A stretch of DNA of 62,846 nucleotides from Candidatus Latescibacterota bacterium (lineage in GTDB: Bacteria; Latescibacterota; 4484-107). Under the pieces are notes generated by a model. The model saw nothing but the letters and a program-made list of their open reading frames with translations, made no database searches and was not told the DNA's origin. The position numbers and the translations under genes were made by a program. How positions within the stretch are numbered: the stretch's first letter is position 1; the number at the start of each line of letters is the position of its first letter. The stretch is from assembly GCA_043804415.1 (NCBI GenBank), contig JAZDJA010000164.1, forward strand, positions 1-62,846, written 5' to 3'. Below are positions 37,964 to 47,159 of the stretch, one piece after another.

Positions 37964-38651
37964 GATATCCGTCGGGTACGCCAAATCAAACGGTGCCCGC
38001 CCGAGTTTTGGTTTTCTCTCCGTGTTCCGGCAGATCCCCCGGTGTCCGATGCCCCCTTCTCGGAGTTTTCCTCCGGCGGCCCCGGTGGCGCTCGCGCTCC
38101 TTCTTCTCTGGAGTGGGCCGGCTATGGCGCACAAGGTGAACCTCTTCGCGTATGTGGAGGGCGACAGCGTGTTCACGGAGAGCTACTTTGGCGATGGGAG
38201 GAAAGCGGTCGGGGCTCAGGTAGTCGTGTATGACCGGTCGGATGCCCCCCTTCTGGAAGGGCGGACGGACAGGGATGGCTTGTTCGCGTTCAAAATACCT
38301 AGGATCGCGGATCTCAAGATTGTCCTGCAGACCGATATGGGGCACCGAAACGAATACTCCATGCCGCAAAGCGAACTGGGCGGGGCGGGGGTGACTTTGG
38401 GGACCGGCTTGACCGAAGGGGGAACTTCCGCAACGGGGGAGGATGAATGGGTGACTCCCGGGAATACAGATCAGCTTGCTGAGAAGATAGATCGCGTGAT
38501 GGCCCAGCGACTTGCGCCCATATCTGCCGCGGTAAGAATCATCCGGATGGACCGGGATCGGACCGATTTCAGGAATGTCATCGGAGGCATCGGATATATT
38601 GTCGGCATTGCGGGAGTGTTGATGATGCTGCGCAGCCGGAAGAAAAACTGA
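37950..38651 (+). CDS. nikL: NikL-like accessory component (signal peptide, beta-rich periplasmic domain, C-terminal TM anchor)
   Basis: Signal-like PAAPVALALLLLWSGPAMA-HKV (ATG 38049 may be the true start). C-terminal IGGIGYIVGIAGVLMMLRSRKK. Confidence 0.6.
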   Translation: MRCAKISVGYAKSNGARPSFGFLSVFRQIPRCPMPPSRSFPPAAPVALALLLLWSGPAMAHKVNLFAYVEGDSVFTESYFGDGRKAVGAQVVVYDRSDAPLLEGRTDRDGLFAFKIPRIADLKIVLQTDMGHRNEYSMPQSELGGAGVTLGTGLTEGGTSATGEDEWVTPGNTDQLAEKIDRVMAQRLAPISAAVRIIRMDRDRTDFRNVIGGIGYIVGIAGVLMMLRSRKKN

Positions 38652-38661
38652 AAGGACCCTC

Positions 38662-39423
38662 GTGCATTTTGAAGAGTTTGCGTTTGGAAATTCGCCGGTT
38701 CACACGGCGGATCCAAGAGTGAAACTGTTGGTGGCTGTGGCCTTCTCCATTCTGGTGGCGGTCTCCGACGCGTACCGGGCGCTCGTGCCGGCGTTGTTTA
38801 TGGCCGGTGGATTGGTGCTCCTGGCAAGGACGGACATTGGGATGCTCGGACGCCGTCTTCTGGTGGTCAACGGATTCTTGGTGCTGCTCTGGCTGATTCT
38901 TCCCTTTACCTTTCCGGGGGAATCGCTGTTTACCCTCGGTCCCTTGGTTGCCTCCCGGGAGGGAGCAGTTTATTGTTTGACCATCACGTTGCGAACGAAT
39001 ACCATTGTGCTTGCCACCATCGGGCTGGTGGGCACGACGTCCATCTTCAACCTGGTGCACGCGCTTCGGCACATGCACGTTCCCGACAAACTGGTGCACA
39101 TCTTCTTTTTCTGCTATCGCTACATTGCCGTCATCCATCTCGAATACCTTCGGCTGAGAAATGCCATGCGGGTGCGCTGTTTTCATCCGAAGACGTCCCT
39201 GCATACCTACCGGTCGTATGCGTATCTGGTCGGAATGCTGTTGATCAAAAGCTACGGGCGATCCCACCGGATCTATCAGGCTATGCTTTGCCGGGGATTC
39301 CGGGGGAAATATCCGACCTTCCATCATTTCCATCTGAAAAAACGGGATCTGGGATTTCTCGGGGTTTCGGCGGCGGTGATCGCGGCATTGGCGGCGTTGC
39401 AGCTATTGGGAGATGGGGCATGA
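38662..39423 (+). CDS. nikQ: ECF transporter transmembrane (T) component CbiQ/NikQ
   Basis: 253 aa. GTG start. DPRVKLL start and the conserved AMxxRG-type region RLRNAMRVRCF. Confidence 0.88.
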   Translation: MHFEEFAFGNSPVHTADPRVKLLVAVAFSILVAVSDAYRALVPALFMAGGLVLLARTDIGMLGRRLLVVNGFLVLLWLILPFTFPGESLFTLGPLVASREGAVYCLTITLRTNTIVLATIGLVGTTSIFNLVHALRHMHVPDKLVHIFFFCYRYIAVIHLEYLRLRNAMRVRCFHPKTSLHTYRSYAYLVGMLLIKSYGRSHRIYQAMLCRGFRGKYPTFHHFHLKKRDLGFLGVSAAVIAALAALQLLGDGA

Positions 39424-40064
39424 TCGATCTGCGCGATGTCACGTTTGGCTATGCGCCCGGCAAACCGGTGCTTACGGGGGTCAACTTTCGCCTCGGCGCC
39501 GGAGAAAAGGTGGGCCTGATCGGTCCCAATGGTTCGGGCAAGAGCACCCTGTTTCATCTTATCGTAGGGCTTTTGTTCCCATCGGAAGGAACCATCGATA
39601 TTTTTGGCAAGGTGCGTCGGAGGGAAGCCGATTTTCGGGAGGTGCGGGAACGGATCGGGCTCTTGTTTCAGGACGCGGACGATCAGCTGTTCTGCCCCAC
39701 CGTCGCAGAGGACGTGGCCTTCGGTCCCCTAAATCTCGGGAGGAGCCACGAGGAGGCGGCGGGGATCGTGCGCGACACGCTTGAAATGCTGAATCTGCAG
39801 GGATTCGAGGATCGGGTTACTTACCACCTTTCCGGAGGAGAGAAGCGTCTCGTGTCCATGGCCACGATCCTTGCCATGGCCCCGGATGTTCTTCTTTTGG
39901 ATGAACCTGCCAGCGGACTGCACGAGGAGCCCACCGAGCGGCTTATCTCGGTGCTTGCCGACCACGTGCCCTCGTATGTGATCATATCCCACGACCGACG
40001 TTTTCTCGAGCGGACGACCGAGAAGATCTACCGGCTGGCTGACGGCACGATCCAATCCGTCTGA
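39420..40064 (+). CDS. nikO: ECF transporter ATPase CbiO/NikO
   Basis: 214 aa. ATGA overlap with nikQ. GPNGSGKST, LSGGEKRL, LLLDEP. Confidence 0.9.
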   Translation: MIDLRDVTFGYAPGKPVLTGVNFRLGAGEKVGLIGPNGSGKSTLFHLIVGLLFPSEGTIDIFGKVRRREADFREVRERIGLLFQDADDQLFCPTVAEDVAFGPLNLGRSHEEAAGIVRDTLEMLNLQGFEDRVTYHLSGGEKRLVSMATILAMAPDVLLLDEPASGLHEEPTERLISVLADHVPSYVIISHDRRFLERTTEKIYRLADGTIQSV

Positions 40065-40295
40065 ATACCGATGCGCCGTCCATAGGATGAGGACTGGAGG
40101 CCACAGAGCGCGTGAACGCAGAACGAGACAGACATCCTGGATGATCGGGCCCTCATTCTCCGGGCCCTCCATAAAAGGTCCTTGGCGCAATTCTGGGGAC
40201 CTTTTGATTTTGTGTTGGAAAACTCCACCGAGAAGTCTGCTCTTTGCCGCTCTGCTCCCCTTCAGGAAATGCCCGAAAACCGCCCGCTTTTTCTC

Positions 40296-40324
40296 TTGAC
40301 CACCCCGCGCAATTGGTCTATATT
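40296..40324 (+). promoter_or_regulatory. sigma70-type promoter (TTGACC-17 nt-TATATT) upstream of dprA
   Basis: ttgacc accccgcgcaattggtc tatatt. Confidence 0.5.
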
Positions 40325-40477
40325 TGGAGCGAAGCGAAAAGGGCACATCGAAAATCGGCAGCACGTGTTGCTTTGGGAAACCAGGTAGATTCAGCAGGTT
40401 CCTTTGCGCAGGATCTTTTCCGCGCCCTTCCATGGTGGAGGGTGCGCGTTTCGCCGTTTTGGAGAGAGGGGCATTCC

Positions 40478-41578
40478 GTGAAAGACTGGACGGCATGGCT
40501 TACGCTGTTGATGGTGCCCGGCATCGGACCTGCCCGATACAAAGCCCTATTGGAGCGTTTCGGTTCGCCGGAGGAGGCGCTGGGTGCTTCCCTTGAGGCG
40601 CTTTGCCAAATTCCCAGAATGGATTCCAAAACGGCCGATGCAGTGCGAAAATACCGGGATATGCCGGAGATTCATCGGCAGTTGGCCGCCATCGATCACC
40701 ACGGCGTCCGCGTGTTTGCGCTGTTGGATCCAGGCTATCCCCAACTGCTCAGGGAGATTCCGGATCCGCCTCCGCTTCTCTTTGTGCAAGGGGATTTTCA
40801 TCCGTCGGATGTGCGGTCGGTGGCGATTGTGGGCACCCGCCGTGCCTCATCGTATGGGAAAACGATGGCCGAGGAGATTGCCGGGGGATTGGCCCAGCGG
40901 GGCATCCCGATTGTCAGCGGGATGGCGCGGGGGATCGATTCCATGGCACACCGGACGGCGCTGTCCAGAGGGGGTCGTACCCTGGCTGTATTGGGATGCG
41001 GCGTGGATGTGACCTATCCCCCGGAGAACCGGGCTCTGAAGGAGGACATTTCCAACTGCGGAGCGGTGATCTCGGAATTCCCGATGGGTGCGGCTCCGGA
41101 GGGACCGAATTTTCCCCGGCGCAATCGGATCATCAGCGGACTGAGTGTGGGAACCATCGTGATCGAGGCGGGGGAGAAAAGCGGGGCACTCTTTACTGCC
41201 AATTATGCGCTGGAGCAAAATCGGGAGGTGTTTGCGGTTCCCGGGACGGCCAACGCCTTCAACAGCCGGGGCGCGAACAGCCTGATCAAGCGGGGTGCCC
41301 ATTTGGTGGAGACGGTCGAGGATGTGCTGGAGGAATTGGAGGGGCCCCTTGGGGGATGGACGTCGTCTGCGCGCGCCGTTCCGCCTGCGCCCCTTCCGAG
41401 TTCCATGCCGCCTGGCGAGAAAGCCGTAATGGAACTGTTGGGCGTGCAGCCTATGCACATCGATGCGCTCTCCCAAGCGGCTCATCTTCCCACCTCTCAA
41501 CTCCTGACACTGCTGCTTTCACTGGAACTGCAGGGCCTGGTCAGACAGCTTCCGGGAAAGTGTTTTGTAAGGGCGTAG
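40478..41578 (+). CDS. dprA: DNA-processing protein DprA (Smf)
   Basis: 366 aa from GTG 40478 (GGAGAGAGGGG RBS). SAM-like PGIGPARYKAL, VSGMARGIDSMAH, and a C-terminal winged-helix-like tail. Confidence 0.9.
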   Translation: MKDWTAWLTLLMVPGIGPARYKALLERFGSPEEALGASLEALCQIPRMDSKTADAVRKYRDMPEIHRQLAAIDHHGVRVFALLDPGYPQLLREIPDPPPLLFVQGDFHPSDVRSVAIVGTRRASSYGKTMAEEIAGGLAQRGIPIVSGMARGIDSMAHRTALSRGGRTLAVLGCGVDVTYPPENRALKEDISNCGAVISEFPMGAAPEGPNFPRRNRIISGLSVGTIVIEAGEKSGALFTANYALEQNREVFAVPGTANAFNSRGANSLIKRGAHLVETVEDVLEELEGPLGGWTSSARAVPPAPLPSSMPPGEKAVMELLGVQPMHIDALSQAAHLPTSQLLTLLLSLELQGLVRQLPGKCFVRA

Positions 41579-41716
41579 TCGGCGACGGAGGGATGGGTGG
41601 GCAGATCTATGGGTGGCAGCGCACCGTCCCCGTGAGGAGCCCGGAGCACTTGTTTGCGACCCAAAGGGAGCCCGTCCTGATAGGTGTCCCGCCGATTCCC
41701 GCGCACCCCTTGCCTT

Positions 41717-41865
41717 AGTGCACGAAATCATAGATATTATGGCGTACGCTGATTAGGGGATATTTTCAACTACACCAGAATGGCAGCGCTTGTCCCTCTG
41801 AACGCAGTGGAGAGTCACCGCGCCAAGTCGCAAAATACGTCATCGTATTTGTGATTTCGTGCACT
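41717..41865. repeat. 149-bp lower-GC element bounded by perfect 14-bp inverted repeats (AGTGCACGAAATCA / TGATTTCGTGCACT), either MITE-like or a long regulatory hairpin
   Basis: Read directly. Under the alternative reading of a 12-bp TIR, both ends are flanked by CTTAG. The right arm ends 9 nt before the ecfA ATG. Confidence 0.5.
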
Positions 41866-41874
41866 TAGGATATC

Positions 41875-43677
41875 ATGATCCAGATCAAAGACCTCTGCTT
41901 TCAGTACGGCGACCACAAAGCCCTGGACGGGATCAATCTGGAAATCCGGGAGGGTGAGTGGATCGCGGTGATGGGAGCCAATGGTTCGGGCAAGACCACG
42001 TTGGCTCGCTGCCTGAATGGCCTGCTTTTGCCCACCGGAGGCGATGTGCTGGTGGACGGGTATTCGGTCTCAGACGAAGCGTCTCTCTGGGATGTCCGAA
42101 AACGGATCGGGATGGTGTTCCAGAATCCGGACAATCAGATCGTCTCCACCATGGTGGAACGGGAGATCGCATTTGGGCTGGAAAATCTGGGCATCCCCAC
42201 AGACGCGATGCACGAGCGCGTTCAGGAGGCGTTGGTGCGTTTTGACCTGATGAAGTATCGTCGCCACCCTCCGCACAAACTCTCGGGCGGAGAAAAACAG
42301 CGGCTGGCGATCGCCTCCGTATGGGCCATGCGCCCCCAGGTGATGGTATTGGACGAACCGTCGTCGCTTCTGGACCCGAAGGGCCGAAGAGAGATCGCCG
42401 AGATCTTGAGATCCCTGGATGCGGCCGGCGGACAGACCATTCTTCACATCACCCAGTTTCCCGAAGAAGCGATGCTGGCCCGTCGCGTCCTGATTATGTC
42501 CGCTGGAAAGATCGTGATGGACGGCCCTCCAGAGGCGATCTTTTGCCAAGTCGCGGTCTTGGAGCACCTGGGACTCGATGTACCGTTTGCGGTTCGATTG
42601 GCGGACATGCTGCGCGCGGAGGGCATTGAGCTGAGCGACGGCATGCCAAACGAGGACACGCTGATTCGAACGCTGGAGCTTCTGCCCTGGACGACAGGGA
42701 GTGTGCGAGAGCGGGAGAGTGGGACAGTGGGAGTCTCCCCCTCACGCGCTCCCTCCCTTCCCTCATCTTCCCGTGGGAAGGGTTTCAACATTTCTCTGGA
42801 AGGCATTTCGTATTGGTATAACAGAGGCCTGCCGATGGCGCTCAAAGCCCTGTCTGAGGTGACGGCCACGATCGAAAAGGGCCAGTTCGTGGCACTGATC
42901 GGGCCTACAGGATCGGGAAAGAGCACCTTGATGCAGCATTTCAACGGGTTGTTGAAGCCTTCGGATGGGCGGGTGTTGTTGGACGGAATCGATCTGTGGA
43001 GCGAAGAAGGGAAACTGCAAAAGGTTCCCGGAAGAGTGGGGCTGGTTTTTCAGTTTCCGGAGTTTCAGCTCTTTGAGGAAAGCGTGGCCAAGGACGTGGC
43101 GTTTGGACCCAGGAATCTCGGATGGACAACAGATCGGGTAAACTCGTCGGTGGAGAAGGCATTGACCGCAGTGGGCCTGGACGTGGCGCAATTCGGCCCG
43201 CGCTCCCCAATGGCGCTCAGCGAAGGCGAGAAGCGGCGGGTGGCCATTGCGGGGATCCTGGCGATGGAGCCGGATGTGCTGGCATTGGACGAACCCACCT
43301 CGGGGCTGGATCCAAGGGGGGCGCGTCAGATTGTTTCGCTCCTCAAGGCACTCCATGCCCAGGGCCGAACGATTGTCCTCATTTCCCACGATATGGACCT
43401 GGTCGCGGAGGTTGCCGAAAGCGTGATGGTGCTGGACGGCGGACGTTTGTGGGCCTGCGATACGCCCGAGGCGGTATTTGGGAAGGTGATGGAATCGGAG
43501 GACATCGGCCTGGAAATCCCCCGGACGGTCCGGTTTCATGAGGCACTCTCCGCGCACGGGATATCATGGGGGGGCGGCGTGCCCATGACGATGAAGGCTT
43601 TGAGCAACCAGATCGTGGAAGCGTTCAGGGGAACCAGCGGAGAGGGAAAGGAGTCGGCTCACATCGTGCGGACATAA
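41875..43677 (+). CDS. fused tandem ECF-transporter ATPase (EcfA1-EcfA2 in one polypeptide)
   Basis: 600 aa. Two complete ABC modules, GANGSGKTT/LSGGEKQR/VLDEP and GPTGSGKST/LSEGEKRR/ALDEP, joined by a ~35-aa Ser/Pro-rich linker. Confidence 0.88.
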   Translation: MIQIKDLCFQYGDHKALDGINLEIREGEWIAVMGANGSGKTTLARCLNGLLLPTGGDVLVDGYSVSDEASLWDVRKRIGMVFQNPDNQIVSTMVEREIAFGLENLGIPTDAMHERVQEALVRFDLMKYRRHPPHKLSGGEKQRLAIASVWAMRPQVMVLDEPSSLLDPKGRREIAEILRSLDAAGGQTILHITQFPEEAMLARRVLIMSAGKIVMDGPPEAIFCQVAVLEHLGLDVPFAVRLADMLRAEGIELSDGMPNEDTLIRTLELLPWTTGSVRERESGTVGVSPSRAPSLPSSSRGKGFNISLEGISYWYNRGLPMALKALSEVTATIEKGQFVALIGPTGSGKSTLMQHFNGLLKPSDGRVLLDGIDLWSEEGKLQKVPGRVGLVFQFPEFQLFEESVAKDVAFGPRNLGWTTDRVNSSVEKALTAVGLDVAQFGPRSPMALSEGEKRRVAIAGILAMEPDVLALDEPTSGLDPRGARQIVSLLKALHAQGRTIVLISHDMDLVAEVAESVMVLDGGRLWACDTPEAVFGKVMESEDIGLEIPRTVRFHEALSAHGISWGGGVPMTMKALSNQIVEAFRGTSGEGKESAHIVRT

Positions 43678-43710
43678 CAGCAGGGCGGACACCCCATTGC
43701 GGGGGGCAGT

Positions 43711-44335
43711 ATGAAAAAGCTCCTTTGGATAGGGGGTGCAATGGCCATTTGCGTATTTGGGGGTTGTGATTTGTTTACCCAATCTGAGAATGAAAACCGC
43801 AAGCCAATGGGCAAGGCCGATGAGTTTGCAGTTTGTTTTCCCGCCCAGGGAATATCCACGGTCCACATGTCAGAGAGTGATCTCAATGATCCTGAACTTG
43901 AGGAGGAACCCATCTTATCTGTTGAGGATATCATTTCCTAGGCATGGGAGACGCACAAAATTGAATCGATCGCATCTGCGTACGAGCGATTCACTCGAGG
44001 GGCTTTCACTGTTCGACACCCCTTTCGCAGTTGGTGTGGGTCGAGGCCCTGTCTATTGGGATGGCTTCTGAAGTGGGGCCTCTTCCATTCCTTCCTGTGG
44101 CATTGTGACTACCAGACCTTCGGGTATGGATAAGTATGTTATCCAAATAGCATTGGGTTACCCATTGTCAGGATTTTTTTCGGGCGAGGATTTCAGATCC
44201 ATCCCACAGATACTGAAATCATCGGGTCGAACAGGCAGATTGAAGGGAACGTTGCCTGGGGCGGAGTGTTCGGCTTCAGCGTTCTCACCTTCATCAAAGT
44301 GCCCTTCGACCGATTTGAGACGAGGAAAGAAATGA
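43711..44335 (+). pseudogene. degraded lipoprotein gene with an in-frame TAG, one frameshift and an in-frame TGA
   Basis: MKKLLWIGGAMAICVFGGC (lipobox)...SVEDIIS-TAG-AWETHKIES... The frame then shifts to ..LSLFDTPFAVGVGRGPVYWDGF-TGA-..KYVIQIALGYPLSGFFSGEDFRSIPQILKSSGRTGRLK. Confidence 0.6.
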
Positions 44336-45123
44336 GTCGGGATGAAAGAAATGGCCGGATAGAAGTGTCGGACGTATGGTTCCGATACGGAGAACCCTGG
44401 GTGTTAAAGGGGGTCTCGCTGAAGATTGAGCGAGGGGATCTGCTCGGAATCATCGGTCCGAACGGCTGCGGGAAGAGCACCTTTCTGCGGATGGTGGCGG
44501 GATCGCTACGTCCCGAACGAGGGAGCGTCCGTCTTTTCGAACAGGAGGCGGGCCGAATCAAACGACGGGAGTTGGCGCGAAGGTTGGCCGTGGTGCCTCA
44601 GGATTCCCACGTGGCGTTTCCCTTCACCGTGCTGGAACTGGTGCTTATGGGGCGCGCTCCCCATTTGGGGAGCCTGGGTTTCGAGCAGGAACGGGATCTG
44701 GAGATCGCCCGGAAGGCCATGGCGTTTATGGATGTGCTGCCGCTTGAGGCGCGCAGGATAGACGAATTGTCCGGAGGCGAAAGGCAACGCGTGGTTCTTG
44801 CCCGGGCGCTGGCTCAGGAGCCGGAAGTGCTGCTTTTGGATGAACCCACGGCGTTTCTGGACATCCGGCATCAGGTCGACATTCATCGGCTGCTTGGGCA
44901 GCTCCGTGATGAGCGCGGGCTCACCGTTGTCCTCGTTTCTCATGATCTCAATCTGGCTGCCCGGTATTGCTCCAAGCTGGCGCTCTTTTCGGAAGGCACG
45001 CTCTTTGCCTTCGGCCTGGCGGATGAGGTGATCACTCAGGGCAACATCGAAGCCACATACCGAGCCGACGTCCTGGTGGAGAGAAACGAGCGCACCGGGG
45101 GGCCGGTCGTGCTGCCGCGATGA
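44332..45123 (+). CDS. ABC transporter ATP-binding protein of the FepC/FecE/BtuD (iron-siderophore/cobalamin) type, with no adjacent permease
   Basis: 263 aa from ATG 44332 (GAGGAAAGAA RBS). GPNGCGKST, LSGGERQR, LLLDEPT, SHDLNLAARY. Confidence 0.85.
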   Translation: MSRDERNGRIEVSDVWFRYGEPWVLKGVSLKIERGDLLGIIGPNGCGKSTFLRMVAGSLRPERGSVRLFEQEAGRIKRRELARRLAVVPQDSHVAFPFTVLELVLMGRAPHLGSLGFEQERDLEIARKAMAFMDVLPLEARRIDELSGGERQRVVLARALAQEPEVLLLDEPTAFLDIRHQVDIHRLLGQLRDERGLTVVLVSHDLNLAARYCSKLALFSEGTLFAFGLADEVITQGNIEATYRADVLVERNERTGGPVVLPR

Positions 45124-45342
45124 CCACCAGGTTGCCCGAGAGGAATGCTGAGTCCCCGCTCTTGAGTCCACGCGAGACCCCGGACCTGCAGGAGCGATCG
45201 TTCGGAATGGGCGGACTTCAAAACGCGCAATGGGCTCGTGTCTTGACTGCTTATGTCCGGAAATGAGCGGGTCCATGCCCGGGCAACCAGACCTTTCCGC
45301 GCGTTCCAATGGAGGATTTCGGGGAGACCTCCTGAAAAAAGA

Positions 45343-45371
45343 TTGACTTTTGGATAGATCGGGATTATATT
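45343..45371 (+). promoter_or_regulatory. sigma70-type promoter (TTGACT-17 nt-TATATT) with an upstream A-tract
   Basis: aaaaaaga ttgact tttggatagatcgggat tatatt. Confidence 0.55.
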
Positions 45372-45491
45372 TGCCTCCTGCATGGGCGGTCTGTCAGCGA
45401 TCTTTCCTCGTATGGGGGAAATTGCCGAGCATCTTTTGCAGTCCGAGACCGCTTCCTATGGACCTTAGCCCTCTTCCTGGTATAGGATTCC

Positions 45492-46319
45492 TTGGCCAAG
45501 ACGAAACGATATATCTCGGTGCTGATTATCCCGGAGGACGGTTCCAACACCCGGGAGTATAAGGTCTCCTCGGGGATATTCAGGCTGATTAAGGGATTCT
45601 CGGTCGTTCTGTTTCTGGTCGTAGTATCCGCCGGCATGGTATACTGGAGAGCGACGTACTGGGCTTTTACCGCCCGGAAGATGGAAGAAGAAAATCGGTT
45701 GCTTCGGGCAGAAAATGCCAAGGTGCTCAAACTGGCGCAGATGGTGGACGAAGTCCGGCAGTCTCGTCAGCGCCTGGAGGTGATGTTGCGTGGGGAAGCC
45801 GTTCCGACGGGGGGAACTGCCTCGCCCCGCTCTCCGATCCTCGGATCGCCCGGATCGGACAGGTCCTCCGAAATCCGTCCGACTTTTCGGACAGTGACCG
45901 TGGCCCAACCCACTCCGCCCTCACCCGGCGGTCTTGAAAGGCGGCCTTCCATCTGGCCGGTCGAGGGAAGGGTGTCCGCACCCTTTGGAGCGCAGTCCGG
46001 ATGGATCAAGCAGGAATATGCCGGGATTGCCATTGCAGCAGGTCAAAATGCCCTTGTTCGCGCGGCGGCGGACGGACAGGTGACGTTTGCTGGGTGGGAG
46101 AACGCGTTGGGGATGCTGATGATTGTGGATCACGGGGGCCGGTACACCACATGGTACGGCCACAATGAGCGGCTTCTGGTTGACGAAGAAGAGTGGGTAA
46201 AAAAGGGCCAGGCCATAGCGTTGGCGGGGAATACCGGGAAAGTCAGCGGGACCGCGCTGCACTACGAGGTATGGGAAAACGGCACGCCCGTAGATCCGGA
46301 GGCGTTTATGCTGTGGTAA
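45492..46319 (+). CDS. M23 (LytM-type) peptidoglycan metalloendopeptidase with N-terminal TM and coiled coil
   Basis: 275 aa. TTG start. KRYISVLIIPEDGS..REYKVS start typical of the family. LytM motifs IDHGGRYTTWYGHN and GNTGKVSGTALHYEV. Confidence 0.85.
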   Translation: MAKTKRYISVLIIPEDGSNTREYKVSSGIFRLIKGFSVVLFLVVVSAGMVYWRATYWAFTARKMEEENRLLRAENAKVLKLAQMVDEVRQSRQRLEVMLRGEAVPTGGTASPRSPILGSPGSDRSSEIRPTFRTVTVAQPTPPSPGGLERRPSIWPVEGRVSAPFGAQSGWIKQEYAGIAIAAGQNALVRAAADGQVTFAGWENALGMLMIVDHGGRYTTWYGHNERLLVDEEEWVKKGQAIALAGNTGKVSGTALHYEVWENGTPVDPEAFMLW

Positions 46320-46407
46320 CCTCTGTCGCGCGCTTTATTGAGGTCCGTGGCGTGTAAGGGGCCATTTGTCTTCATTTCATGCAGTGATGATCTGTAAGGG
46401 GAGTTCT

Positions 46408-46839
46408 ATGGCCAGGGAAGATACGAAGAGAGAAATCGGCGCAATGAACACCATCGTTGGAAAGGGATCGGCGTTCGAGGGGACCCTTCAGGTGGAGAAC
46501 AGCATCCGGGTTGATGGGGTAGTAAGCGGGAGCCTGACAGCTTCGGACACGTTGGTGGTGGGAAAAGACGGCGAAGTGAAAGCCGATGTGACGGTGAAGA
46601 ACGCCATTCTCGGAGGCAAGCTCATCGGATCGCTGGAGGCATCGAATAGAGTGGTGCTGGAGTCCAATGCGTCGCTTTTCGGCGATCTGAAGGCAAAACT
46701 TCTCGTGGTGGCAGAGGGAGCGGTGTTCAGAGGAAAGTGTGAGTCTGGAGCCGGCGATCAAAAGACGGTGCCTGCGCCCAAAGTGGTGGTGGGGGGCGAA
46801 CGGGCTGCATCCGGAGCCGTTGGGGAAGCCAGGAAATAG
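46408..46839 (+). CDS. bactofilin family cytoskeletal protein
   Basis: 143 aa from ATG 46408 (AAGGGGAG RBS). Repeated beta-helix pattern: IVGKGSAFEGTL..SIRVDGVVSGSL..TLVVGKDGEVKADV..AILGGKLIGSL. Confidence 0.85.
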   Translation: MAREDTKREIGAMNTIVGKGSAFEGTLQVENSIRVDGVVSGSLTASDTLVVGKDGEVKADVTVKNAILGGKLIGSLEASNRVVLESNASLFGDLKAKLLVVAEGAVFRGKCESGAGDQKTVPAPKVVVGGERAASGAVGEARK

Positions 46840-46879
46840 CGGGGGTTGGCATCTTTAGAAAAGTGGCGGGGGGATCACC

Positions 46880-47149
46880 TTGGAAAAAGGGGCAGGCCAG
46901 AATGACGCGGACAAGGATGCGTGGCGGGAGACCTTTCGGTACATCGGGTTGATCTCTCAGGTCGGATTGGGGATGGCCGCTTCGATCTTGATCGCGTTTC
47001 TCCTGGGGCTCTTTTTGGATAGAACGCTCCACACCGGTCCGGTATTTATGATCCTGGGGATATTCGGTGGGGTTGGGATGGGTTTCTGGAATACCTACCG
47101 GCTGATTGCGGGGGGCGGAGCCAAACGTGACGGAAAGCAGGCAGTTTAG
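46880..47149 (+). CDS. atpZ: AtpZ/AtpI-family small membrane protein (ATP synthase protein I2)
   Basis: 89 aa. TTG start. Two TM helices: YIGLISQVGLGMAASILIAFLLGLFLD..GPVFMILGIFGGVGMGFW. Confidence 0.75.
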   Translation: MEKGAGQNDADKDAWRETFRYIGLISQVGLGMAASILIAFLLGLFLDRTLHTGPVFMILGIFGGVGMGFWNTYRLIAGGGAKRDGKQAV

Positions 47150-47159
47150 AATAAGGGTG

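Noticed and set aside
43939-44071. Possible stop-codon reassignment (TAG at a Tyr-like position, TGA at a Trp-like position).
   Set aside because: Other genes in the window clearly terminate at TGA and TAG, with correct protein ends and coupled ATGA overlaps. The same gene also has a frameshift. A pseudogene is the simpler explanation.
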